A stretch of DNA of 64,000 bases, from the NCBI GenBank assembly GCA_003565735.1, contig PXBB01000108.1, positions 15,118 to 79,117 on the forward strand, in the 5' to 3' direction. This document shows, in pieces, positions 46,516 through 56,211 of the stretch (the first letter of the stretch is position 1; each line of letters starts with the position of its first letter). A model generated the notes under the pieces. That model had not been told where the DNA came from, did not search any database, and saw only the letters and a list, made by a program, of their open reading frames with translations. The translations under genes were made by a program, and so were the position numbers. Origin of the DNA: Bacteroidales bacterium. GTDB taxonomy: Bacteria; Bacteroidota; Bacteroidia; Bacteroidales; PXBB01.

Positions 46516-47086
46516 ACAACCGTCTATCCTGCATTATTCGCAAAAAATAAACAAAATAATTTATAAGATTGATTATCAATTCAAAACTTTATTCTTGTTT
46601 ACTTTTAGCAAGTGCTTTTACCTTAGGCCATCTGCTTCTACCAACTGGTAAAACAAATTATTACAAACTTCGCTGTTCTCGTTTATAATAAATGTTTAAT
46701 CCGTCGGTATTCTCCATCGCCAAAGGCCACTTAATGGCATAAGTTGCGAAAGCCTTGAAATAGTTTACTATATCGGCAGCTTTCGACGCCTCACATCTTA
46801 TACCAAACCGCTATTAAGGAAAACGCAGTTGAAAATGTTTGCTGGTTTGAATAATACCGACTGTTATATAAGTTTAAAGACAAGTCGGTATGACCAAAAT
46901 TTAAAACATGAATAATACAGGCTATGAAAATTCTCACCATAGTTTAGGTTGTATTTTTATTACCAGAAAAACAATCTCTATAGCCTGTAGCTATTTTTTT
47001 AATCAACTACTAATTTCTGATTAAAAATTCAATTGATAATATCTCACAAGACACTTATTTATAACACAATATTCAAATATCTACAA

Positions 47087-47380
47087 GTTACATATGTAAC
47101 ATTTTGTCTAAGCAGTATGTTTACTTACGTAATTTCAATAAAATATTACAAATACCATAGAATTAAGCAGATAAGAATTTATATAATATTATATACCAGC
47201 ATAATAAGGTATATGTCTTTAATTATAAATTTAATCACGCACACTCATAACCGGATTAGTAATATATTGAAAATGAATTATATAAAGTAATTAATTCATG
47301 CGTTACAAATGTAACTATGCGAAATATCACATTTTTTATATGGTTACATATGTGAACCATAAAAATGTTATCTTTGTAAC
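47087..47380. promoter_or_regulatory. Four GTTACA-N2-TGTAAC-type palindromes (candidate operators) upstream of the XRE regulator
   Basis: gttacatatgtaac 47087-47100 (perfect 14-bp palindrome). gttacaaatgtaac 47302-47315 (perfect half-sites). gttacatatgtgaac 47343-47357 (one extra base). gttatctttgtaac 47367-47380 (two mismatches, abutting the ATG). Confidence 0.5.
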
Positions 47381-47896
47381 ATGATAATAAGTGATAGAAT
47401 TAGATTATTGTTAAAATATAAAAACATCATCGCAGCACAATTTGCTGATGAAATTGATGTACAACGTTCAGGTATTTCGCATATCATATCAGGGCGTAAT
47501 AAACCCAGTTTGGAATTTGTACAAAAGGTATTGAATACCTATAAAGAGATTCGATCTGAATGGCTTATTTCAGGAAAAGGGCCTATGACAAAGGAACCTG
47601 AACTATTTGAATCTGATATAAATGAACAAGAAAAAGACCCAAATAATTCATTCCAAAAATCAGATAATGGAAGAGCGCCCAATTATGTACAAGAAAAGTC
47701 TTCAGAAAAAAATCGTCCCAATGATGATGAAATAAATCCGAAAGAAAATCAGGATAAAAATTTTGCCAAAGATTTTGACACACCAGAAACTCTTGAAAAT
47801 GCAAACAATAAAATGAATTATAAGAAAAATTCAAAATCTATAAAAAGAATTATAATACTATTTGATGATAATTCCTACGAAGAATTTTTGCCCTGA
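47381..47896 (+). CDS. XRE-family helix-turn-helix transcriptional regulator with a low-complexity acidic/Asn-rich tail
   Basis: HTH segment AAQFADEIDVQRSGISHIISGRNKPSLEFVQKVL, then WLISGKGPM, a phage-repressor-like signature. Confidence 0.75.
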   Translation: MIISDRIRLLLKYKNIIAAQFADEIDVQRSGISHIISGRNKPSLEFVQKVLNTYKEIRSEWLISGKGPMTKEPELFESDINEQEKDPNNSFQKSDNGRAPNYVQEKSSEKNRPNDDEINPKENQDKNFAKDFDTPETLENANNKMNYKKNSKSIKRIIILFDDNSYEEFLP

Positions 47897-48045
47897 AAAT
47901 AGCTTTATATTTTTTATTAGATTTAAGAATACATCAATGTATCTCTATCCAAAGAAAAGCCCTTAGAAAGCCTTAAAATGAGTCAAAAAAATTAAATTCT
48001 ATTTTGTCTTATAATTAATATTATGTTAAATAGCAATTTTTAATT

Positions 48046-48067
48046 AAAGCCGCTTTTATGCGGCTTT
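48046..48067. terminator. Bidirectional intrinsic terminator between convergent genes
   Basis: aaagccgc (48046-48053) and gcggcttt (48060-48067) flank the loop ttttat, in an A/T-rich context on both sides. Confidence 0.6.
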
Positions 48068-48101
48068 AATAATTTTATATTAATAGTCGTCAAAAATACG
48101 C

Positions 48102-49268
48102 CTACTCTTCTTCTTCATCAGCAGCCCTGAGCTTTTGATTAATTCTCTGGGCATTTTCGTAATCACCTGTTCGCGCGTATAATTGGCTTAAAGAAATCAA
48201 AGTATTTCTGTCATCTGGATTTAATGCATTGGCTTTTTCAAGATACGGTAATGCTTTTTCCCATAATGCCTGGAATCTGTCTCTTTTAGCGTCATAACGT
48301 TTTTGTGCATCTTTTTCAGTGGGCATAATAGCATCGGCTTCTTCAAAAACCTCTACCCCTTTATTAAAATACAATGCACCTAAGTTATAATATGCAAAAA
48401 AGAAGTTGGTGTCCAGTTTAATGGCTCTGAGATAATTTTTTTCTGCTTGTTCGAAATGGCCAAGCTCGTCGAAGCTTGTAGCTAATGCATAATATAAGTT
48501 GTGGTCGTCAGGGTTTTGTTCTAAAGCAAGCTGAATATTGGATAAGGCTTTTTCGGTTTCACCTGTTTGGAGGTAAAAATTGGTTTCGGCAATAATTAAG
48601 TCATATTCATTTGGAAACCGTTCTCTTCCGGCTTCAATAGCACCTATCATTTGTAATGTATCTTCCAAACTTTGAAATATATCTGCTAAAGACAAATATA
48701 TTCTGTGATCTTCGTATCCTAAATCTGCAAGGTATTGGTAATAGAGAATAGCTTTTTCTGTGTTACCGGCTAACTGTGCACTTAATGCAGCATTAAAAGT
48801 AGCTAAAGTATCTTGAATCTGAAACATGGCATTAATGGCAGCCGTTTTTTCAAAGGAAACCATAGCTTCATCGTAGCGTGTTTTTTCAAAAAGGAAAGCA
48901 CCTTGATTAAAAAATAGCTCACCAATATACTGTAAATTCTGAGCGATATCTCTCAGGTATTCCTGATTTTCATCTAGCTGAATGGCTTTTTGATAGGCTT
49001 CAAAAGCTACATCCAGTGCATTATCATCTAACTTTTTGTAGTTTTCATCATCTGAAGTATGAATAGCCAGATAAATATTTCCTTTGTAAAACCAGGTTTT
49101 GGGGTCGGTAACTGTTCTTTCATGTTCGGCTGCTTTGTCAATGGCTTCTTTAGCTCTGTCAAGTAGTCCCCTGCGGTGGAAATTAAAAGCACTTTGAACC
49201 TGAACCGGTTGAGCTTCCATTATTAATGCACTTGATAAAATAATCAGCAATAGGATTGACTTTTTCAT
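48102..49268 (-). CDS. Secreted tetratricopeptide (TPR) repeat protein
   Basis: Signal peptide MKKSILLLIILSSALIMEAQ, then multiple 34-aa TPR-like repeats (A..YY.LA..., A...Y..AI.LDP). Confidence 0.75.
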   Translation of the reverse strand: MKKSILLLIILSSALIMEAQPVQVQSAFNFHRRGLLDRAKEAIDKAAEHERTVTDPKTWFYKGNIYLAIHTSDDENYKKLDDNALDVAFEAYQKAIQLDENQEYLRDIAQNLQYIGELFFNQGAFLFEKTRYDEAMVSFEKTAAINAMFQIQDTLATFNAALSAQLAGNTEKAILYYQYLADLGYEDHRIYLSLADIFQSLEDTLQMIGAIEAGRERFPNEYDLIIAETNFYLQTGETEKALSNIQLALEQNPDDHNLYYALATSFDELGHFEQAEKNYLRAIKLDTNFFFAYYNLGALYFNKGVEVFEEADAIMPTEKDAQKRYDAKRDRFQALWEKALPYLEKANALNPDDRNTLISLSQLYARTGDYENAQRINQKLRAADEEEE

Positions 49269-49415
49269 TTTTCTTAATTTTAAGATTTAAATAATGTTGT
49301 TATGTATGAATATTTCTTTAAAAAGAACTAATTATTTACAAATATATTATAATTTGTTTAGCTGAACAAATTATACATATCATTTTTTTAATTATTATTT
49401 ACAAAAAGCTTGCCT

Positions 49416-51995
49416 TTATATTTTGTCCTCCGAATCTTCGTTATTATTTTCTGATTCTGTTATGTTTTCATTTGATTTGTTGTCATTTGTCGGCTGATTG
49501 TCTTCGGGACTTTCCTCAGTATTTAAGACCTCATCTTCAGCTGCGACCTCATCTTCTTCCACTTCTACATAAGATACAGCAGCGATAGAATCGTTATCTC
49601 TCAAGTTTATAAGTCTGACCCCCTGGGTGGCTCTACCCATAACTCTTAAGCTTTCAACCGGCAGGCGTATTGTAAGACCTGATTTTGTAATAATCATCAA
49701 ATCGTCTGTATCGAGTACTGCTTTTACCGAAATCAACTCACCGGTCTTTTCTGTTATGTTTATTGTTTTAACTCCTTTACCCCCTCTGTTTGTTGTTCGG
49801 TAATCATCAATGCTGGAGCGTTTTCCAAAACCATTTTCCGAAACAACAAGTACATCATAGGCTTTGTTTTCCAAACAAACCATACCAATAACACTATCAT
49901 TTTTATGAGCCAGTGTTACACCTCTTACGCCGGCTGCGTTTCTTCCCATAGGTCTGACCCTGCCTTCATCGAAACGAATGGCCTTACCTGATTTTAATGC
50001 CATAAGCACCTCGCTGCTGCCGTTGGTTAATTTGGCTTCCAAAAGCTCCTCCCCTTCTTTAATAGTTATCGCATTAATACCGTTTTGACGTGGCCTGGAA
50101 TAAGCCTCTAGTGTTGTTTTCTTAATGGTGCCTTTATTGGTACATAACATGATATAGTTATTATTAATATATGTGGTGTCCGATAAGTCTTTAATATTTA
50201 TAAAGGCTTTTATTTTATCATCCGGCTCTATATTAATAAGGTTTTGAATGGCACGCCCTTTCGAAGATTTTGTGCCTTCAGGAATTTCAAAAACGCGCAA
50301 CCAATAGCATTTTCCTTTTTGTGTAAAAAACAACAGATAGTTATGGTTGGTAGCAATAAAGAGTTTTTCTACAAAATCCTCGTCTCTTGTAGCACTACCT
50401 TTAGCACCGACCCCTCCCCTGTTTTGTTGTCTATATTCAGAAAGAGGTGTGCGTTTGATATAACCCATATGAGAAATTGTTATTACAACACTTTCGTCTG
50501 CTATGGTATCTTCAATTTTAAATTCATTAGCTGCATAAACTATTTGTGTTCTTCTTTCATCACCATACTTGCTTTTAATTTCCAGCAGCTCATCTTTAAT
50601 GATTTGCATTCTAAGACTCTCATCTTCAAGAATTTCTTTAAGCTTCTTAATCAATTCTATAATGTCATCATATTCCTTACGCAACTTCTCTTGTTCCAGT
50701 CCCGTAAGCTGCCTTAATCGCATATCTACGATGGCACGTGATTGTATTTCTGTTAGATTAAACCTTTGCATCAGGTTTTCTCTAGCCTCTTCAGGGTTTT
50801 TTGATTTTTTAATAATTTCAATGACCTCATCAATATTATCAGAAGCTATTATTAAACCCTCTAGAATGTGAGCCCTTTCTTCTGCTTTTCTGAGTTCATA
50901 CCTGGTACGTCTTACAACCACTTCATGCCTGTGCTCTACGTAATGCGTAATCATGTCTTTAAGATTCAGCATCATAGGCCTTCCTTTAACAAGAGCTATA
51001 CTGTTCACACTAAAAGACGTTTGTAACATCGTGTGTTGGTATAATTTGTTAAGAACAACATTGGTTACAGCATCTTTTTTCAATTCATAAACAATACGTA
51101 AGCCTTTTCTGTCTGACTCATCACGGATATCGGATATGCCTTCAATTTTTTTATCATTAACAAGGTCTGCTGTTTTTTTAATCATGTCAGCCTTATTAAC
51201 CATGTAAGGAATAGAAGTAGCTATGATACGTTCTCTTCCGGAAGATGTTGTTTCTGTGGTTACTTCTCCACGCATAACAACACGGCCACGTCCGGTTTCA
51301 TATGCTTGTCTGACGCCTTCGTATCCGTAAATGATTCCGGCGGTAGGAAAATCGGGAGCTGTGATATGCTTCATAAGCTCCTCTATTTCAATATCTTTAT
51401 TGTCGATGTATGCAATAATACCATCAATAACTTCTGAAATGTTATGCGGCGGCATGTTGGTAGCCATACCTACAGCTATACCAGAAGCACCGTTGATAAG
51501 TAAATTGGGTAATTTTGCGGGTAATACTGTTGGCTCTTCGAGAGAATCATCAAAGTTTAGCCTAAAATCAACAGTTTCTTTATCGATATCGGCCAGCATT
51601 TCTTCAGCTATTTTTTTTAATCTGGCTTCTGTGTAACGCATTGCAGCGGGACTGTCTCCATCAATAGAACCAAAATTACCCTGGCCGTCTATTAAGGGAT
51701 AGCGCAACGACCAATACTGGGCCATACGCACCATAGCATCGTAAACAGATGAATCGCCATGTGGGTGGTATTTACCCAAAACCTCACCAACTATTCTTGC
51801 TGATTTTTTATAAGGTCTGTTGGATAAAATACCCAGGTCGTACATGCCATATAACACGCGCCTATGAACAGGCTTAAGCCCATCTCTAACATCCGGTAAA
51901 GCACGAGATACAATCACTGACATTGAATAGTCAATGTACGATGACTTCATTTGTTCCTCAATGTCAATTTTAAAAACTTTTTCTCCTTCTTCCAT
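49416..51995 (-). CDS. gyrA: DNA gyrase subunit A
   Basis: 859 aa. The active-site region is AAMRYTE, and the QRDR-like region is [20 protein letters not shown]. There are C-terminal beta-pinwheel repeats and an acidic tail. Confidence 0.95.
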   Translation of the reverse strand: MEEGEKVFKIDIEEQMKSSYIDYSMSVIVSRALPDVRDGLKPVHRRVLYGMYDLGILSNRPYKKSARIVGEVLGKYHPHGDSSVYDAMVRMAQYWSLRYPLIDGQGNFGSIDGDSPAAMRYTEARLKKIAEEMLADIDKETVDFRLNFDDSLEEPTVLPAKLPNLLINGASGIAVGMATNMPPHNISEVIDGIIAYIDNKDIEIEELMKHITAPDFPTAGIIYGYEGVRQAYETGRGRVVMRGEVTTETTSSGRERIIATSIPYMVNKADMIKKTADLVNDKKIEGISDIRDESDRKGLRIVYELKKDAVTNVVLNKLYQHTMLQTSFSVNSIALVKGRPMMLNLKDMITHYVEHRHEVVVRRTRYELRKAEERAHILEGLIIASDNIDEVIEIIKKSKNPEEARENLMQRFNLTEIQSRAIVDMRLRQLTGLEQEKLRKEYDDIIELIKKLKEILEDESLRMQIIKDELLEIKSKYGDERRTQIVYAANEFKIEDTIADESVVITISHMGYIKRTPLSEYRQQNRGGVGAKGSATRDEDFVEKLFIATNHNYLLFFTQKGKCYWLRVFEIPEGTKSSKGRAIQNLINIEPDDKIKAFINIKDLSDTTYINNNYIMLCTNKGTIKKTTLEAYSRPRQNGINAITIKEGEELLEAKLTNGSSEVLMALKSGKAIRFDEGRVRPMGRNAAGVRGVTLAHKNDSVIGMVCLENKAYDVLVVSENGFGKRSSIDDYRTTNRGGKGVKTINITEKTGELISVKAVLDTDDLMIITKSGLTIRLPVESLRVMGRATQGVRLINLRDNDSIAAVSYVEVEEDEVAAEDEVLNTEESPEDNQPTNDNKSNENITESENNNEDSEDKI

Positions 51996-52184
51996 TTTAT
52001 TGCTAATTATCAGTTCTTTAGTGTTTTTTTAAATCAGAAGCGAAATTAATTAAAAATTCTTAAAAACAAATTGATTATCCAAGTTATTTTATTGGTTGAA
52101 TTAAGATGTCGTTACTGAGTTGTTGAAGCCCGTTTCTAAGGCAACTGGATAGGCAAAAAAATATGTGAGTTTTAAAAACTTAGT

Positions 52185-52394
52185 TTAGCCTCCTGTTATG
52201 AGTTCAACAACATCAATATGATCGCCATTGCTTAGTATGGTTTTGTCATAATCAGCAGTTTTCACGATTTGCTCATTAAGTATAACAGTGACAACCTTTT
52301 CGTCAAGACTTACATGCTTGAGAAATTCAGCAAGAGTTACAGGCGCCTTATTTTCAAAATCTATTATTTGATTATTATATCTTATTTGCATCAT
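52185..52394 (-). CDS. thiS: ThiS/MoaD-family sulfur-carrier (ubiquitin-like) protein
   Basis: 69 aa ending ...DHIDVVELITGG (C-terminal Gly-Gly). The length and pattern are typical of ThiS. Confidence 0.65.
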   Translation of the reverse strand: MMQIRYNNQIIDFENKAPVTLAEFLKHVSLDEKVVTVILNEQIVKTADYDKTILSNGDHIDVVELITGG

Positions 52395-52712
52395 ATACAG
52401 TGGGCTTTATGCTTATAATTAATTTACCGAAGCCTTTTTGTTATAAGCCATTTTTCTAATTATTGAATTCAAAAATCTGTGCCATGACAAATATATATAT
52501 ACTTTTGAAATATGCTTAAAGGTAGTTTTTAATAATAAATAGCTCCCCATTTTGTTACGATTCAAAAACTGACAGACAGATCAATTTTTCCACCTCACTT
52601 TCTTCAAGTTTGCTCTTTTTATTAATTCTTTTAAGCGTAAAGATGTGCTAAAAGCATTAGAATTAATAGCATATGTGATATTGTCAAAGCCTTTTGAATG
52701 ATTTTTTTTTTA

Positions 52713-52720
52713 TAAATTTG
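52713..52720 (+). promoter_or_regulatory. Candidate -7 promoter box (TAnnTTTG), preceded by a T10 tract and an upstream TTTG
   Basis: taaatttg lies 20 nt upstream of ATG 52741. The T10 run is at 52702-52711 and tttg is at 52693-52696. Confidence 0.4.
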
Positions 52721-52740
52721 CTAAAAAGAAAGGTTATTAC

Positions 52741-55700
52741 ATGCAATCATATAAATTTTTATCTCTGTTATTTTTCCTTTTGTTGTTCACTTTTACAAAG
52801 GCTCAAAAAATAGCTGTTAATAATGACACTGAGAAGGGCAGTTTGCATTTCAACGAAAAAGCAGCATCTATTGCATTTCATTTAAAAACAGGCACATTGA
52901 ACTTCACCAAGAAAGAAGTAAACAATATAAAATATGCTGTACCTCATATAGATGGCTACATCAACACAAATGAGCCTGGGAAGCCGGTTTTACCTGTTTT
53001 AAGCAAGCTTATTGAAGTGCCTGTAGGAGCAACCATAAGTATAAATATTAAATCCTATTCAGAGCGCACTATAGACCTCAACCAACATCATATAAAAGCA
53101 CCTATTATTCCTGCACAACCCCCTGTGTCAAAAACACAAGATCAGAGTACGCAATTGTTTCATATTGATGCCGGTGTTTACAGTAAAGATGGTTTTGTGA
53201 AGAGGCCTTTGGTTACTATAGACACTTTGGGCACTATGAGGTCGGCACGATTGGCCCGTATAAATATTGCACCATTGTCCTACAATCCGGTAACACATAA
53301 GCTTAATATCGTTGAGGAGGTACAATTTGAAATTATTTTCAAAAATGCAGACCATGCAGCAACTATGCTTCTTAAAGAAACTACATATTCGCCTTTTTTT
53401 GAAAACAGTTACAGAAAAATTTTAAATCACCAAAAAAGTTCACATACTAAAAGTAATCAGACGCAATATCCCGTAAAGTATGTGATTGTATCTGACCCTA
53501 TGTTTCAGTCGGCTTTACAACCCTTTATAACGTGGAAAACACAAAAGGGGTTTGAGGTTATTGAAGCTTACACAAACGATCCTGCCGTAGGAAGTAGCAA
53601 CACATCAATTAAGTTATTTTTAGACAGTTTATACTTTTCTGCGACACCTTCTTCTCCTGCTTTTTCTTTTTTACTTCTTGTTGGGGATATCAATAAAATT
53701 CCATCATTTAAAGGCGTTACGGGAGGTCATGTTACAGACCTTTATTATGCAGAATTTACCGGTGATTTTTTGCCTGAAGTTTATTACGGTCGTTTTTCGG
53801 CATCTACTGTTGCAGAATTGCAAGTCCAAATTGACAAGACTTTAGCTTACGAGCAATACAATTTTCCATCAACATCATTTCTGGGTAATGCACTGCTTGT
53901 TTCTGGCACTGATGCTACCTTTGCTCCGATACATGGCAATGGTCACATCAATTATGGCACCGATTACTATTTTAACACATCTCAAAACATCACAGCTTTA
54001 ACATATTTGTATCCTGCATCATCAGGACAAGCTACACAAATAAAACAGGATTTCAGCAATGGTGTTGGTTTTGTTAATTATACAGCCCATTGTACCCGAA
54101 ATGGCTGGGCAGGCCCACAGTTCAACATAGCTGATATCGGAACGCTCTCAAATGCAGATAAGTACCCTGTGATGATTGGTAACTGTTGCAGCTCTTCAGA
54201 CTTTGGTATGTCAAACTCCTTTGCCGAAGAAATGCTGAGAGCTCAGAATAAAGGTGCTGTCGGGTATATTGGAGCCTCAAACAATACCTACTGGGATGAA
54301 GATTACTGGTGGGGTGTCGGTTTTAAAAATATCACCGTCAACCCATCATACAATCCACACGCTTTAGGCGCCTTCGACAGGTTTTTTCATACACATAACG
54401 AACCATTCAGCGAGTGGTTTACAACGCAAGGGCAAATAATAGCTGCTGGCAATTTAGCTGTTTCACAATCTCTAAGCAACTTATCCAATTATTACTGGGA
54501 AGTCTATCACCTTATGGGCGATCCATCACTTACGCCATATCTGTTTGAACCTCCGCCTCTAAATATCACATCACCTGCTGCTGTACCCGTAGGAATCAGC
54601 AATATGACCCTTATAACCGAACCATATACTTACATAGGATTGACTAAAAATGACAGCATTTACGCAGCAGGATTAACCAATGCTTCAGGTTATATCACAT
54701 TAAATTTTCCGACTTTTAATAATCCCGGTCAAGCACTTTTAGTAGCCAGCAAGCAAAACAGGCAAACTTTCACATCCCATATTCATATTTTCGACCCAAA
54801 TGGTGCTTATGTTATATACAACGGCTATTCTCTGGATGATTCTAATGGAAATGATAATGGTTTGGCTGATTACGGTGAACATGTTAGGCTTAAACTAAGC
54901 CTTGAAAATATTGGGAACCTGGATGCTTTTGGCCTGGAATTAAAACTTAGCACATCCGATAAATATGTTGCTATTACCGATAGTCTGCACTTTATAAATG
55001 CCATTTCACAAGGAGCAATGTTAAATGACACATCAATGTTTGCATTTACGATTGCAGATTCTATTCCTGATGGTTATAAGGTTTATTTTTCGCTAAATAT
55101 TAAAGATCAAAATGACAGTATCTGGGATTATGGCTTTACAGTACCATTAAATGCGCCTTTATTTGAAATAATTAACACCTATTACACGGACCATATGGGT
55201 CAGGAAAAGTCGTTATTTGAACCGGGTGAAACGCTCAACTATGTTGTTGAGGTTATGAATAAAGGTGGTGCTGATGCTTTTTCGGGATATGCCTCTCTGG
55301 CTTCTTTTAACCATAAGCTTTCTGTAAACACATCAACAAGTATTGCAGATACCATTAAAGCTGACAGTACCGTAAAATTTATATTCAATCTCACTGCTGA
55401 TGCTACTATGTATCAAGGAGAAAGTGTAAGCCTATATTTCGAACTAAATTCAGGTTATTACAGCCTTAAAGAAACATTACCCATAATAATTGGTGAAATA
55501 CCGGTTTTGTTTATGAAAGATACTGTCATGCACACATGTATGCTTTATTTTTATGATTCGGGCGGGCCGGATGCTAACTACGCAAATGATGAAAATTACA
55601 CAGTGACCTTTTTCCCGACTTCAAAAAATGCCTTTGTCAGAGCTACTTTCATACGGTTTAGTGTTGAGGACAACCCATGGGGCGTGGATTGCTGGGATGA

Positions 55701-56154
55701 GCTTCAGGTTTATAACGGCGCCGATACAAATGCACCATTGTTAGGTAAGTTTTGTGGCGATGATATCCCAGGCCCTTTTATTGCTGATAATCCTGATGGC
55801 GCCTTAACCTTTAGATTTATTTCCGATTTTTCGGTAACAAAATCAGGCTGGGAAGCCCTTATAGAATGCCTAAATGTTGGAACACAAAACCTGAACGCTT
55901 CACATCAAAATTTTAATGTTTATCCAAACCCAACTACCGGCAAACTGACACTTGAAAATAATATAACCCGGGAAACTATGATTCAGCAGATAGCAATTTA
56001 CAATGCTCAAGGGAAAAAAGTGTATAAAAAGCCTATTATTGAGCCGACTTCAACTCGTTTTAATATCTCTTTAGAAGCTTTTTCAAGTGGTTTTTATTAT
56101 CTTAAAATTTACCATGATAAAGGCATAAACGTAAAAAAAATTATTAAACACTAG
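52741..56154 (+). CDS. Gingipain-like cysteine peptidase (family C25) with a CUB domain and a T9SS type-A C-terminal sorting domain
   Basis: Signal peptide. C25 blocks: YVIVSDPMF, LLLVGD, DLYYAEF, YYGRFSA, catalytic-His region VNYTAHCTRNGW and catalytic-Cys region PVMIGNCCSSSDF. The C-terminal tail is VYPNPTTGKLTL...GFYYLKIY.... Confidence 0.8.
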   Translation: MQSYKFLSLLFFLLLFTFTKAQKIAVNNDTEKGSLHFNEKAASIAFHLKTGTLNFTKKEVNNIKYAVPHIDGYINTNEPGKPVLPVLSKLIEVPVGATISINIKSYSERTIDLNQHHIKAPIIPAQPPVSKTQDQSTQLFHIDAGVYSKDGFVKRPLVTIDTLGTMRSARLARINIAPLSYNPVTHKLNIVEEVQFEIIFKNADHAATMLLKETTYSPFFENSYRKILNHQKSSHTKSNQTQYPVKYVIVSDPMFQSALQPFITWKTQKGFEVIEAYTNDPAVGSSNTSIKLFLDSLYFSATPSSPAFSFLLLVGDINKIPSFKGVTGGHVTDLYYAEFTGDFLPEVYYGRFSASTVAELQVQIDKTLAYEQYNFPSTSFLGNALLVSGTDATFAPIHGNGHINYGTDYYFNTSQNITALTYLYPASSGQATQIKQDFSNGVGFVNYTAHCTRNGWAGPQFNIADIGTLSNADKYPVMIGNCCSSSDFGMSNSFAEEMLRAQNKGAVGYIGASNNTYWDEDYWWGVGFKNITVNPSYNPHALGAFDRFFHTHNEPFSEWFTTQGQIIAAGNLAVSQSLSNLSNYYWEVYHLMGDPSLTPYLFEPPPLNITSPAAVPVGISNMTLITEPYTYIGLTKNDSIYAAGLTNASGYITLNFPTFNNPGQALLVASKQNRQTFTSHIHIFDPNGAYVIYNGYSLDDSNGNDNGLADYGEHVRLKLSLENIGNLDAFGLELKLSTSDKYVAITDSLHFINAISQGAMLNDTSMFAFTIADSIPDGYKVYFSLNIKDQNDSIWDYGFTVPLNAPLFEIINTYYTDHMGQEKSLFEPGETLNYVVEVMNKGGADAFSGYASLASFNHKLSVNTSTSIADTIKADSTVKFIFNLTADATMYQGESVSLYFELNSGYYSLKETLPIIIGEIPVLFMKDTVMHTCMLYFYDSGGPDANYANDENYTVTFFPTSKNAFVRATFIRFSVEDNPWGVDCWDELQVYNGADTNAPLLGKFCGDDIPGPFIADNPDGALTFRFISDFSVTKSGWEALIECLNVGTQNLNASHQNFNVYPNPTTGKLTLENNITRETMIQQIAIYNAQGKKVYKKPIIEPTSTRFNISLEAFSSGFYYLKIYHDKGINVKKIIKH
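55537..55869 (+). other. CUB domain within the first C25 peptidase
   Basis: aa 933-1043: CMLYFYDSGGPDANYANDENYTVTFFP...ATFIRFSVED....DCWDELQVYNGADTNAPLLGKFCGDDIPGPFIADNPDGALTFRFISDFSVTKSGWEALIEC. This fits the CUB pattern C...G...SP.YP..Y.....F..F.hE....C..D.L.hYDG......LG.hCG...P......L.h.F.SD.S....GF.A. Confidence 0.6.
55912..56151 (+). other. T9SS type-A C-terminal sorting domain (Por_Secre_tail, TIGR04183-like)
   Basis: FNVYPNPTTGKLTLEN...IAIYNAQGKKVYKK...FSSGFYYLKIYHDKGINVKKIIKH. Confidence 0.75.
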
Positions 56155-56211
56155 TTAATAAATTATTACATCTTAAAACATTTTTTTATAAATATAAATT
56201 CTTAAAAATAT

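Noticed and set aside
47033-47290. 85-aa ORF (TTG start) in the long AT-rich tract
   Set aside because: The translation is extremely Ile/Tyr/Asn/Lys-rich, typical of random AT-rich sequence. The ORF also contains the palindromic operator-like site.
50244-51636. Plus-strand ORFs (157, 100 and 101 aa) antisense to gyrA
   Set aside because: gyrA is unambiguous. The antisense ORFs are Ser/Leu/Ile-rich shadow frames.
52395-52740. Expected TPP riboswitch upstream of thiS
   Set aside because: I could not find the conserved CUGAGA or ACCUGAUCUGGAUAAUGCCAGCG-type cores on the minus strand by eye. I therefore did not call it.
52741-56154. Possibility that the first C25-family protein is the T9SS sortase PorU
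   Set aside because: The size fits, but the downstream gene is another C25 peptidase rather than a PorV-type beta-barrel. The CUB domain and the classic cleavable-looking type-A tail also favour a cargo protease. I cannot fully exclude PorU without a PorU-specific HMM.
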